Positions 18,625-29,556 of a DNA stretch of 64,000 bases are shown piece after piece; the first letter of the stretch is position 1; each line of letters starts with the position of its first letter. Where the stretch lies: positions 608,001 through 672,000 of the forward strand of contig CAWBWI010000003.1 of the NCBI GenBank assembly GCA_963792585.1, in the 5' to 3' direction. Source of the stretch: Candidatus Eiseniibacteriota bacterium. GTDB taxonomy: Bacteria; Eisenbacteria; RBG-16-71-46; CAIMUX01; VGJL01. Position numbers and translations under genes: made by a program. Below the pieces are notes generated by a model, which made no database searches, had not been told where the DNA came from, and was given only the letters and a program-made list of their open reading frames with translations.

Positions 18625-19417
18625 TTACTTTGTTTGGGCGTCTGGCGGGTCAAGATGGTCGTGGTAAAAAACGTCACCATGAGCATGAAGTGAATCAGCG
18701 ACCAGGGACACACATGCCTGGAGCGAAGAAGTGCGACGATTGAGCGAGACCATGAATAGCGGACCATCACCGCAATCAACATGCTGACAATCATGAGGAC
18801 CGAACGGAATGACTACTACAGCACTGACGGTGACGACCTTTCGCCATCTCTCAAACCAAAGCGTCGAAGCCGACAGGAACACGAGGCCAGCGAATATGGT
18901 GCAACCACCAACCACAATTGCTCTTGCCATGTGCTGCGCTGCAACGTCATTGCGCGAATGCAAAGATCCCCAGAGCATGACGACCATACTGATCCAGTAC
19001 CACGCGGTGCCTGCAATGGCGAGAGTCGTGGCGCGACGCGACCGTGGCGTCTTAGGCTTTCGGCCGATCCGGACGGCGGCCAAAAACCATACGCAGTGTC
19101 AGAACGAAGTAGAGGAACCCGAGAGCAAGCCAGGCCTTATCGTACAGAAGGAAAGATGCATTACTCATCCCCTTGAGACTATTGGCAGAGAAGAAGAATA
19201 ACAGGGCCACCATGATGTCTGCGGCGAACTCCAAAAGACCGTAGACGACTCGGTAGCTCTTGGTGAAACTGTGCGCGTACCAATGGTTGGGCCGAGTCGC
19301 AGCACGCAATGGGAATCTGTTTGCCCATTGGAGCCTCGGAGAGCGACTACCGGCTGGACGGTAAGAGCCGGATGAGTGCCCGCTACGGTCGGATCTGGAC
19401 AGCAATCGCCGGACCAA
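18625..19417 (-). pseudogene. Possible frameshifted membrane-protein gene
   Basis: Two overlapping hydrophobic ORFs (19052-19417 and 18625-19083) in different frames. Confidence 0.3.
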
Positions 19418-19601
19418 GAGCCCGCTGGCGGCGAACTCCGCTCCTTGACGGCTTACTTTGCCGGCGCGAGACTCCGTCCACTGATCGCTTACGGTGGCGA
19501 GGCGCGGGGATCGCGAGAAACCGAGTCATGGGCGAGTCCCTCTTGTGCCCGAAAGAAGATCGCCCCACGGACTCAGAGACTTGACCTAACTTCGTTCCAT
19601 A

Positions 19602-20102
19602 CTATCGCAGAATGACCAACCTCTGCTCCTTCAAGGCCTCCCCGACGCGCAGTCGCGCGAAATACACACCTGACGGCAGCGCTGCTCCTTCTTCTCCGCG
19701 ACCATTCCAGAGCACCGTGTGTATCCCCGCAGCCCGCGGGCCTTCCGCTACACGCCTCACCACCCGTCCATCCAGCGTGAAGATCTCAAGGAGGCACCGG
19801 CTCTCCGCTGACGCACGGAAGGTCAGACTCACCTGCCCGCGAGAAGGGTTGGGACCGACCCTGAAGTCCAAGCCCGTGGGCATCTCATTGTCTATCCCCG
19901 AACCCAGATGAGGTGAGTTCAGCTCATATTGTCCGTCACCTCCGCTGGCATACCCTCCACTTTGCGCTCCACCGCCACTGGGGAACGTCGATCCGCAGCA
20001 GTTGCCTGCGCGAACGTTGACAGCGAGCCCCATATGGAGCCCTATCACAAAGACGACGGTGACGAGGCTCGCTCTTCTCAGTGATTGACCGGTATCTCTC
20101 AT
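19602..20102 (-). CDS. Small secreted protein with FlgD-Ig/T9SS-type C-terminal domain
   Basis: Signal peptide, then PNPSRG...IFTLDGRVVR...WNGR...LPSGVYFARL. Confidence 0.8.
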   Translation of the reverse strand: MRDTGQSLRRASLVTVVFVIGLHMGLAVNVRAGNCCGSTFPSGGGAQSGGYASGGDGQYELNSPHLGSGIDNEMPTGLDFRVGPNPSRGQVSLTFRASAESRCLLEIFTLDGRVVRRVAEGPRAAGIHTVLWNGRGEEGAALPSGVYFARLRVGEALKEQRLVILR

Positions 20103-20456
20103 CGCGACCCCCTTTGTAGGATAGTCTCTCAGTTAGTAGCGGAACTCCGATCGCCTACTTCTCGCGAGTTCCACTCCATAAACAAATTGCCCCAATCGCA
20201 AGCAAGGCGTCAGTGGACAACATCCGGAATCGGACCAATCCGTTCCAGATCTCCGGCCCGTAATGTTCCATCCTCGCAATCGGCTGGCCGCATCGGCTGT
20301 TTTGGCTTCCGCACACGTTACGTCAACTGGTCGGCACTTCCTCATTCATATCTCTCCCGTCAATAGGCAACGCACTCCTTCACTCTATTGGTGCACTTGC
20401 AATGCGTTGGTAGCCTATAACCAATGTCCGTGCTCTTGACGCAGCGTCAATAAGCT

Positions 20457-23400
20457 CTACAAGATCATTCGCGCCACTTCTGCCCCGGCTGATATGAACT
20501 TAGTCAGGATGACCGTCCAATCTAGCGATCCACCACCGGAATGCTTCTCAATACATCTGCATCCGTTGCTGCAGTCTGCGACAGCCCCTCTTCCGCAGCA
20601 AGCATAGCAGACGTTAATGACTCTGCAGAAGCCACCCTTACAGTCTTTGAAGGTATCATGAGGATCCTCTTTGTCAGGGCCTGAGACTTGGCACGCCGAT
20701 ACGCGAAAGGATGAACCGACACCTGCCGAGTTGCCTGTTCCGCCTGACCTTGGGGCCAGGGGCCCTAACTTGAGCGCGTCTAGTGGTGTGACATACTTCT
20801 CCCTAAGCTTTTCCAAAATCCGCGCATCTTTCTCCAAGACAAGCGCGGCGGCGGCTCCGACGGCTCCGTTCAGCAATGCCTCGGGCGGCCCATCCCCAAA
20901 CGGATCCACATAGTTGATGGGATTATTGCCTACATACGCATGACTGTTTCCTGGGCTACGCGCATCACTCCACACACCAATCGGATCTCTCTGCATGAAC
21001 CTTCCGAGCCAAGGAGCGTAGTGCCGGTCACGGTAGAAGTACAATCCGATCTCGGCGTCATACTCACGGCCAGTGAAGAGGAAGCGATTGCCTACAACGG
21101 ACCTTGTGCGTGTCGTGGAGTAAACCCCGTCCCAGATAGTCGGAGTGCCGAAGGCATCATACTGATAGCGTTCCACCACGTGACCGGAGACGTCGGTCAT
21201 AGCGACAACCGACCCGAGGGCGTTCGTCACGTAACAATATGTTGCTCCCTGATGGGTCATTGTGAGACGATCATCGACCCATTCATCGCCATATCCATAT
21301 GTGAGTGTGACGGCATCCGACGCGTTCCGCTCTTCGATGACCCTATTGCCGTCGTAGTAGTAGATGATGGTTTCTGAACCGACTGCCTTCTGGATCCGGC
21401 GCCCGAGCGCATCATAGCGGTAGAGCCCTTCATTGGGAGGACTCGTGACCTCTCCGTGGACCAGGCGACACTCATAGTCGTACGCACCCGTAAACGCGCT
21501 ACTTGTGGTTAGGTTGCCAGTTGGATCGTAGCCGAAGGCCCCACCGGGATCTGATGACGTATACTGGTTTAGGACGTTGCTCGTGTACGTTGTGAGGTCC
21601 GCACCATGTTTCACGGAAGTCCAGTTGCCAGCATAGTCGTAGTTGAACCAAGTACTGTCACCTCCGCCTAGTTCAGGGGCTGTCCTGCTGGTCGTGTTCC
21701 CCTCAGGCAATACGGCCGTAGGGCTAACGGATACGGGAGAAGCTCCAGCCGAGCAATGGGTTAGAGAGTCTCCTACCGGTGTTCCCCGCTGGGCCGTCGT
21801 CAGCCAGTTCACGCCGTTGTAGCCGTAGAACTCCGATCGGCTCAAGTCGTAGTTGTCGATTGCAGCCGTGCGGTTCCCTGTGTCGTCGTAGGTGTACGTG
21901 AAGCCGGCAAGCAGCTCGCCCCCTGCGCGATGGTTGAGGGCCGTCATGAGATCGCGATTGTCGTACTGATAACTGGCAGTGTGGTTGTCGCCGTACGAGG
22001 CCGAGGACAGCCGACCTCCTGGATCGTAGGCAAATGCTATCGTGACGTCGTCGCGAGAAAGGGAGATGAGACGCCCTCGCAAATTGTGCAGCTCCTGGGC
22101 AATGGATCCACCTGGGTATGTGATCACTCTCTCTCGCGCTGCCGTGTTGTACGAGTAGCCGGTCGTGTGGCCGTTCGTTGTTTCGCTGAGGACACGGTCC
22201 GCCTCATCATATGTAAATGCGATCGCTGCCTGACTGTTGTTTGCTGTTAGCATTCGTCCCGCAGGATCATAGGTGTAGAGATCATCTTCGACGGGAAAGT
22301 GCCGCCATGTCAGCTCTCCATTGGCATCATAAGTATAGGTGGTCATAGCGCCGGAGTTGTCGATGCGACTGACGAGGTTGTCGTTGCCGTCATAGGCATA
22401 TTGCCGGTAGGAATAGTCGGGGTATGTCGCTTGTATGAGGCGGCTAAGAGCGTCATACGCGTACGTGGTCCGATTTCCCATAGCGTCGATCCGCCAGGAT
22501 ACGTTGCCACATTCGTCATAGCCGGTAAATGTCGTAAGTCCTCCCCTAGATACCGACTCACTCCGATTCAACGCATCATAGGTGATCGTCGTTGTGTGGC
22601 CATTACCATCCGTGATGGTGAGCATGTTGCCGCTGGCATCGTACGTGAAGAGGTCGGGGATGCCGCCCCGGGTGACTGAGGTAACACGACTCTGAGCATC
22701 ATAGGTAAGTGACGTGGCATTCCCGTTGCCATCAACGGTGGAGAGCAGATTGCCGGAACCATCAAAGCTGTTGATCCGTACGATCCCGATGCCGTCACTT
22801 ATCTGAGTTGGCCTATTGAGAGCGTCGTATGCGGCGGTTACCACATTCTCGTTTGGATACGCGGTGGTCACGACATTATCATTTAGATCAAACGCATAGG
22901 TTGTGATCTCGGAGAGGGCGTTCTCGGTGGCAGTGAGGCGATCGAGAGCGTCGTAGGTGTTGGTGGTGGTATTCCCATTGGCATCCGTATGGGTGAGCGG
23001 GTTGCCTACAGCGTCGTACGTGAAAGCCTCAGTCCCGATCGGGCGGGTAATACCTGTTCTGTAGCCGTTGTCGTTATATGTACAGGTTGTTGTATTGCCA
23101 CGGGCGTCGGTGTTGGAGGACACCTGTCCAAAACTGTCGTATGAGAAGTGGAAGGTGGAGTCAAGTGGCCTTGTGAGCGCCGTGCAGTTGCCATGAGTAT
23201 CGTATGTGAGAGCAGTTGTGTTCCCAGCCTGGTCGGTGACGCTGGTTACCTGATTGAAGACCGGCTCGTATGTCAAAGTGGTGGTGTATGTTAATGGGTC
23301 AGTTGTAGTAAGCTGGTTGCCACGGGCGTCATAGGAATAGGTTGTGACGTTGTTGTTGGCGTCAGTCACAGTAGTGATGTTATTGGCGTCATCCCATGCG

Positions 23401-24362
23401 AATAGCCGGTGGTAGCCGCAGCAAAGGCCCGTGATCTCGGTGATGCGCGCGGAGTTGTCAAAGACATAGACGGTCGCGCGGCCGTCGAGTGAATGCGTTG
23501 TCGTTCTGTGCGCAGTGTCGTAGGTAAAGCGCTCATCTGACAGGGGTGACTGGACTCGCGTGACGGCGCCGCTGTCAGTATATGCTATTTGGTAGGGGAT
23601 GCCGCGCCAATCGGTGACTTGGAGAAGACGCTTGTGATCATCGTACCCATATTGCGTGACCCTGCCAGCGGCATCATAGACACGAATTAGGTCACGTTGC
23701 GTAGAGCTGCTGTACTCGTAGGCGATGGTTCTGGGTGGAGATGCGCAATCAGTGATCTGTGTCATTCTGTCGGCGGACCAGGTGAGGATTATGGACCGCC
23801 CGCTGGCATCGGTAATGAGGGTCGGATGGCCCCCGGAGTATGAGAGGGTTACGGTGTTGCCATTGCGGTCGCGTACACTGGTGACGCGCTTGTGTGACGA
23901 GTCCGCAAAGTCATACTCCAGACCGTACTTGGCGCGCAGGCGAAACCGGCCCGGTTGGTACTGGCTGAGGGAATCGTAGCACGCGACGGGTGGTCTGTAG
24001 GCGCCCCCTTCAAAGGTGAACAACTGTCGGTTCCCGTCCCAGCGTTTGACCGAGATGTCGGCGCCGGCTTTCTCATAGACGATGTTGAAGGAATGGGTCC
24101 ATCCGGCCCCGTAGCCGAAGTCGTACTTTGTCTCGCCACTGTTGTAAGAAAAGGTTAGATCGAGGTTGATGCCTCGGGCCGGGATATTGAGCTCCTGGCG
24201 AGCGTAAAACAGATTGCCCGTATAGGTGTTGACCTGGAGCTGGCCCTCGCAGATCACGTTCGGTGCGGTATATTCGCCCGCAACCGCCGGGGAGCCGGAG
24301 AGCGTGAGACAGAGGAGGACGACGGTAAGGAGGAAGTGCCGAGAGCGGCGGGCGGTGTACAT
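20457..24362 (-). CDS. RHS/YD-repeat protein with Sec signal peptide and Cys-rich C-terminal tip
   Basis: Many YDxxGN/YDALxR repeats, FTGREYD..GLYFYR core, and NNPINYVDPFG cleavage motif. GGAGGG RBS before MYTARRSRHFLLTVVLL. Confidence 0.92.
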   Translation of the reverse strand: MYTARRSRHFLLTVVLLCLTLSGSPAVAGEYTAPNVICEGQLQVNTYTGNLFYARQELNIPARGINLDLTFSYNSGETKYDFGYGAGWTHSFNIVYEKAGADISVKRWDGNRQLFTFEGGAYRPPVACYDSLSQYQPGRFRLRAKYGLEYDFADSSHKRVTSVRDRNGNTVTLSYSGGHPTLITDASGRSIILTWSADRMTQITDCASPPRTIAYEYSSSTQRDLIRVYDAAGRVTQYGYDDHKRLLQVTDWRGIPYQIAYTDSGAVTRVQSPLSDERFTYDTAHRTTTHSLDGRATVYVFDNSARITEITGLCCGYHRLFAWDDANNITTVTDANNNVTTYSYDARGNQLTTTDPLTYTTTLTYEPVFNQVTSVTDQAGNTTALTYDTHGNCTALTRPLDSTFHFSYDSFGQVSSNTDARGNTTTCTYNDNGYRTGITRPIGTEAFTYDAVGNPLTHTDANGNTTTNTYDALDRLTATENALSEITTYAFDLNDNVVTTAYPNENVVTAAYDALNRPTQISDGIGIVRINSFDGSGNLLSTVDGNGNATSLTYDAQSRVTSVTRGGIPDLFTYDASGNMLTITDGNGHTTTITYDALNRSESVSRGGLTTFTGYDECGNVSWRIDAMGNRTTYAYDALSRLIQATYPDYSYRQYAYDGNDNLVSRIDNSGAMTTYTYDANGELTWRHFPVEDDLYTYDPAGRMLTANNSQAAIAFTYDEADRVLSETTNGHTTGYSYNTAARERVITYPGGSIAQELHNLRGRLISLSRDDVTIAFAYDPGGRLSSASYGDNHTASYQYDNRDLMTALNHRAGGELLAGFTYTYDDTGNRTAAIDNYDLSRSEFYGYNGVNWLTTAQRGTPVGDSLTHCSAGASPVSVSPTAVLPEGNTTSRTAPELGGGDSTWFNYDYAGNWTSVKHGADLTTYTSNVLNQYTSSDPGGAFGYDPTGNLTTSSAFTGAYDYECRLVHGEVTSPPNEGLYRYDALGRRIQKAVGSETIIYYYDGNRVIEERNASDAVTLTYGYGDEWVDDRLTMTHQGATYCYVTNALGSVVAMTDVSGHVVERYQYDAFGTPTIWDGVYSTTRTRSVVGNRFLFTGREYDAEIGLYFYRDRHYAPWLGRFMQRDPIGVWSDARSPGNSHAYVGNNPINYVDPFGDGPPEALLNGAVGAAAALVLEKDARILEKLREKYVTPLDALKLGPLAPRSGGTGNSAGVGSSFRVSACQVSGPDKEDPHDTFKDCKGGFCRVINVCYACCGRGAVADCSNGCRCIEKHSGGGSLDWTVILTKFISAGAEVARMIL

Positions 24363-25415
24363 TTGGATCCCTCCAGTTGGTTCGGGCCGATCTCGGACTG
24401 GGAGAACGGAAGGTTGCGGGCGAAGAAAGGCTGCCCGGTAGCCGGGATGATCCGAGGATCCGCCGCCGGGCGCTCCTCTCTGGTTTGAGGCAACATGGAC
24501 GGCACGCTGAAATCTGGCACACCATTCCGGGGGGGCTGGCGGGCCGCAGAGCGATGGTGCGGGTCCGGACAGAGCACATCCAGCGGATGCACTCCGCAAC
24601 CGGGTCAGAGATCGGAATCGAGAATGCATGTCAGTTCCCTCCATGGGAGATGAGCCGAGTCGGGATTGGGCGGTCGGGGGAAGCGCGGGTGGGAAACGAT
24701 GAGACGGGCCAGGACCGGAGAGAACGGACACCGGAACTGCACCCAAGGGATGATCGCCAATCGATCCGGATCAGCATTCCGCATCGAGCGCCCACCATTC
24801 GCCACGAGCAGAGGAAAGAAGTGCACGTTTACAAGCGCAAGTAAGCATGCGGAACGACGCAGACGATAGCAACTGAAAAGGTTCAGGTGATTCAACAAAA
24901 CACGTGTGTCATCCATATCCAGGGATGTGCACTCAATATGTGCAATACGGACATACACTGCACCATCTTGCAGCCTCACGGAGCCAGAGCGCTACGAATT
25001 ACCCGCGCACAGGAATAAGCGGACACCATCTCCACCATTCCAAGATCCCGCTCGACGACCACCCCCAGCAGACTTAATCTATTTGCGACTTCTCCAGAGA
25101 AGGTTACTGCTGGGGCTGCGGCCACCCTCAGAATGCGCGATGACGTTAGCTTGGGAATTCGGAGCCGCAATGGAAGCCGCGAGTCCATATGAATCGCTGC
25201 GTGCTGCCATCGCCCCCGCGACTGCTGGCGCGCTCCCGTCTCTGTACATCCACAAGTCAATCCCGACAAGACTCGGAACCCATGTCATTAGGGATCAGTC
25301 CCACGTGGCAATGGGGCGTGCTCCACCCATTGGCTAATTCCAGGGCTACTGGAGTTAACCAATCTTGAAACAAATGTCAGAGTGGTGCTCTCAAGAGAAA
25401 GGACGTCTACTGCTA

Positions 25416-25630
25416 TGAAACGAGCATTGCACTGCGTCAGCGTGTTACGAGCGTCTCTTGCGGTTGCCATCTTCGGATTACTAAGTCCAGGCCATGTCCT
25501 TGCAGGAAGAAACGCAGGCGGGGCGATCATTCTTCACGCGAACGACAGCGTGGAATACACATATACGGGGCAGTACTGCTCCTATGACTTCGACAATCCA
25601 GGTACGTGCGCTCAAGCCCATACGCGGTAA
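25416..25630 (+). pseudogene. 5' fragment of a secreted-protein gene cut by an IS66 end
   Basis: Signal peptide plus NAGGAIILH. The ORF terminates within GTAAGCG at 25627. Confidence 0.55.
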
Positions 25631-25860
25631 GCGGTCAATCCTCGGAGGAGTCCCCTTCGGTTCCAACTGAGCTACAACCCTCCTGAGGCGGGCCGGTCGT
25701 GCCCGTCGATCGACAGGTCTATTCACAGGAGGTCAAGATGCAGCTCATGTCGAACGGCAGGGTCCGGCGCACTGATATCGAATGGCGAGTGATCCTCGCC
25801 CGGTGGAAGAAGAGTGGTCTCAGTCCCGTGGAGTTCTGCAAGAAGCAGGACATACGGCTC
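25627..25860 (+). mobile_element. IS66-family left-end remnant with truncated TnpA
   Basis: Starts GTAAGCG (IS66-type end). GGAGG RBS, then EWRVILARWKKSGLSPVEFCKKQDI, a TnpA-like HTH. Confidence 0.65.
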
Positions 25861-26071
25861 TTGATCACGGGGCCTATCCTAATCGCGATCTCTCCAGAGA
25901 TGATCGTCGTGGAGTTGCGCGATCACCTAATGCGTGATGTCGGGGTTGAGAACCAGTGCTCTATCCATGATAGTCTAGGCCGATTCCTCCACGAATTGCG
26001 CGAGAGCGATCGGCATCCTTGCGGAAACCGATCGCCCTCATGGTGCGCCACCGACTGGCGCCACTGACGGA

Positions 26072-26926
26072 TCAATGATCCAAGAGGAACTTCCCGTGCA
26101 GTTCCCGATCGGGAGCCTTGAGGCGGTACATGTAGACGCCCGAAGGGGCGGCGATGGCTGTAGCAAACCGCCCATCCCAAATCACCTCGTGGATTCCGGG
26201 TGCCAGTGTGGCATCCAGCACGCTTCGGACGAGCCGTCCCAGGACGTCGAAAACGTCGAGCGTGGTCCGTCCCTGTTTCGCCAGGTAGAACCGGATCGTC
26301 CCCTGCGATTGCATCGGGTTGGGACTGACACTCAGGACGATCGTGCTTGCGCTCCATCCCGCTCCGGCCCTTCGGAGCACATTCAGAGTGGCTGAAGAAA
26401 CATCGAGACCGAACTTGTGGTAAGCACCGGACTCGTCCACAAACCCGAGTCCACCGGTCTGCGGTACGCTAAGGATCTTCAATGCGGAGTTGAGGCTCCC
26501 GACCTGAAGGCGCAGAGTGCCAAGCGGCACATCCGCCCCGCTAATCAACTGAGGCACCGCGGCGATGAAGGCCTGCCGGCGGGCAGCCTTCGCGGGCTCC
26601 GGCCGGCTGACGGTGATGGATCCCTCGAGGGTCTGGGACCATCCGAGCAGACGCCATCCGTTTCCCCACTCGAATCCGACCTCGACCGCGGCGAGTGAGT
26701 GAACGTCAGACAGGACGACTGGGATCTCGATCTCCTGACCCTCCATCAGAATTCCCTCGCTCGTCAACTGCGCCTCGGTCTCGGTCCCTTGAGCATCGGC
26801 CGGCCGGGGTGCACCGAAGTGGACGCTCGGGCTCCCGGCGCCCGCCGCACCGACCGCGGCGATCGAGGCAGCTACTGCCAGCACGAATACAGCGCTTCTC
26901 ACGATGTTCTCCCTCCGTCCTGTCAA
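26072..26926 (-). CDS. Secreted protein with cohesin-like domain and FlgD-Ig/T9SS-type C-terminal domain
   Basis: Signal peptide, beta-rich middle region, and PNPM...DVFDVLGRLVR...WDGR...SGVYMYRL. Confidence 0.75.
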   Translation of the reverse strand: MTGRRENIVRSAVFVLAVAASIAAVGAAGAGSPSVHFGAPRPADAQGTETEAQLTSEGILMEGQEIEIPVVLSDVHSLAAVEVGFEWGNGWRLLGWSQTLEGSITVSRPEPAKAARRQAFIAAVPQLISGADVPLGTLRLQVGSLNSALKILSVPQTGGLGFVDESGAYHKFGLDVSSATLNVLRRAGAGWSASTIVLSVSPNPMQSQGTIRFYLAKQGRTTLDVFDVLGRLVRSVLDATLAPGIHEVIWDGRFATAIAAPSGVYMYRLKAPDRELHGKFLLDH

Positions 26927-29385
26927 GGAGCAGCCGCGTGCTGCTGATACCAGGTTACGTCCGTCAGGCCAATTGCGCCGTCGGGATTCATGTCCCCTTC
27001 ATGCAAGGGCGATCCTGAGTTGAAGGCCGCGTTGAACGTGGTCTCGTCCGTCGCGTTGATCACTCCATCCCCATTCTCATCCGGGCTCGAGATCGATGAG
27101 AAGGTCCTGAACTTGTAGAACGTGCCGTCGTTGAAGTAGTCGATCCAGATCGTGACCACATCGCCGCCGCCGAGGTCCGCGTAGCTTCCACCGGTATTCA
27201 GTCCGGCCGCGTATGTCCATTTGCCGGCCACGTCACCGAGCCCGTGAACGGGAAGGTTCCCGGTGCTGCCGTTGCCAGCGGCCGCCGCGATGTCCATCGG
27301 CATTCTGCTGTTGGTCCACTTTTCAATCGGAGTACCTCCTCCGTCCTTCAAAACGACGGACAGCCTGTACCTGTACCCCGAGGGGACGGTGTTGTTCTTC
27401 GGGCTCCGCCCGACCGAGACCGGGAACACAGAACGCTGTGGATGGGGCATCATCGGTGTCATCACGACTGGCTGCTCTACCCCGTTGACCTGCATTGTCG
27501 CTGGGAAGAACGGACCGACCCAGCAACTCTGGATCTCGGCTGGTTCACCGTCCATGGTGAGCAGATCTGGCCCGAAGGTAACCGTCCCCCGATTGGTCGT
27601 GGACTTCAGGGATACGACCAGATAGTCGTCCACACTAACTCGGGAGCCGTTCGCCAGAAGCCCGCTTGTGATGTCCTCCCAGCGAGCCACCGAGCCGCTG
27701 AACCGGAGGACCATGTTGTGGGCGTCGGTCTTCACAATGTGCCCGTCCACGTCGACGACGATGGTGCCGGTCGAATCAAGAGCCTTCGTGATGATGACGT
27801 CCAACGCTCCGTTGGTCAGGACCTTCCGAGCGCGGGCCGGACCGCCGGAGACGATGACGGCGTCGGATACATCGCTCGGACGCGGTTGCCCGACGTCGTA
27901 GAGATAGAGGTCGGACTGTTGAACGAGCGAGTTCCCCGCTGGATCGTATTGGACTGACAGGCGTTTGTGGGTAGGCCAGTGGGTGTAGTTGCTGTTGCTG
28001 TTGTTCCCGGAGGGGGTGAACGACGACTGGCTGATCGATTGCGGACCGCTAAGCAGGTCGAGGTGAGCTCCGACCAGGCCGTCCTCCCATTCCACTGGTC
28101 CTGTCTGCGGATCGGCGATGCCGAAGCCCGTATCGGTGGGGGCATGCCACAACCACGCAAACTGCGGATTGGACACACCGGGAACGTAGAGGTCGTCGTC
28201 GATGTAAAAGGACGGCGGCTGCCCCGAATGCTCCATGATCGTCACCTCCCGAATGGCATTGGCCGACGGGACCAGCGATGATCCGTTGCAAGCCGAATTA
28301 CTGCTGCACAAGGAGCATTCGGGAGTCACACATCCGGGGTCACCGTGGCAGCAATCCTTGCTCCAGGCTCGTGAATTGTCCCCCGTGAGGTAATAGATCG
28401 CGCTCCCGCTCGTCACACTCATCGATGTGCCAAAGCGATGGTCAGCGTCGATCATGTCTGTCCCGATACCGTTGACGAGCATTGCGTTGTGACCTTCGGA
28501 CATGAAGGACTTCTTTTCGTTGTACGGTCTTTGGCAGTTGCGAAAACCAGAATAGCCGGAGTCGTAAAACAGTGGACGTCCCTTGTAGAAGATCGTAATC
28601 GCGTTTTGATCATGCTGCGCGTGCCCAAAGTAACGACCGATGCTTGCGTCGCTAGCCTTTGGCTTCCGACACTCCATCGTTGCGAGAGCCCCGATCGGAT
28701 CCGCGACGAGAGTCCCATTGCTAAACGTCCAGAAGCCACTCTTCCAGATCGCCAAGCCTCTTCCCCTGAAGAGCTTCATCTTGGTCAAGCTCGATGGATC
28801 GATGAAGGCGTTGGACGGAACGTTGTCCTCTGGCCAACCGAGAAGAATGGCGACGGGGTTGTATTCGCGCGCCCGCTGCGCCGCGGGGTAGGAGGTCGCT
28901 GGATCTCCAATGAACGGCGTCGCTGCGAGGTTTGCTAGCGGATTGGTGACGCTAAACGTCTCACCTAGCGCGGTGGTCCAGGTTGCCGGGGGGTAGTGGG
29001 TCCGGAAGAGGTACGTCGCCGCCATTGGCCGCGGAGCGTACCTCAGGGCCATGAGCCATGGCCAGCTCCTCCAGTTCAAGGGATTCAGGCCATAGTGATT
29101 CGAGAACGTGTCATTGAGGGGCGTCGACCACCACGGGTCGTTCCCAAGCTGTTGGTAGACGAGCCGGGTGGCGGCCTACTGTACGCTTCTTTGGGGCGCC
29201 GTATTGACCCGGTAAGTGGACAGCATGAAGCTGTCATTCAGCCGGTCGACGGCGAGTGCATACGGCAGCGCCACATTCATCCCATACCAGGATTACATGA
29301 CACCGTCCATGCCTGCTCCATCCATATCGAAGCCTGTGTCGAAGTAGGTCGTCACCCGATTCGCTGCGTCCAGGAGCCCCTGACG
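26923..29385 (-). pseudogene. Heparinase II/III-like polysaccharide lyase with dockerin/EF-hand tail; 5'-truncated, with two in-frame stops
   Basis: GHAQHDQN, DSGY and GHNAMLVNG motifs, with tail DENGDGVINATD/GDMNPDGAIGLTD. The frame continues upstream of 29079 through stops at 29176-78 and 29293-95. Confidence 0.7.
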
Positions 29386-29556
29386 GGACGGAGAAGTGCC
29401 CTTCGACCCCCATTCAACGGGTGCGACCGCCGCTCCCCCATCGCGACCTATCCAAACGTTTCCGATGACGACGCTTCCCGACTCTGCTATCCTTGTGAAC
29501 GAACGGACGAACCGGAGACACCCCCCTCCCCGGATTTCAAGCCGACGGGGGTGGTC

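Noticed and set aside
24363..24746. N-terminal extension of the RHS ORF
   Set aside because: Low-complexity Pro/Arg/Ser sequence. The RBS and signal peptide point to 24362.
28996..29556. N-terminal extension of the 1777-aa ORF
   Set aside because: It overlaps the antisense lyase pseudogene. The signal peptide begins at ATG 29557.
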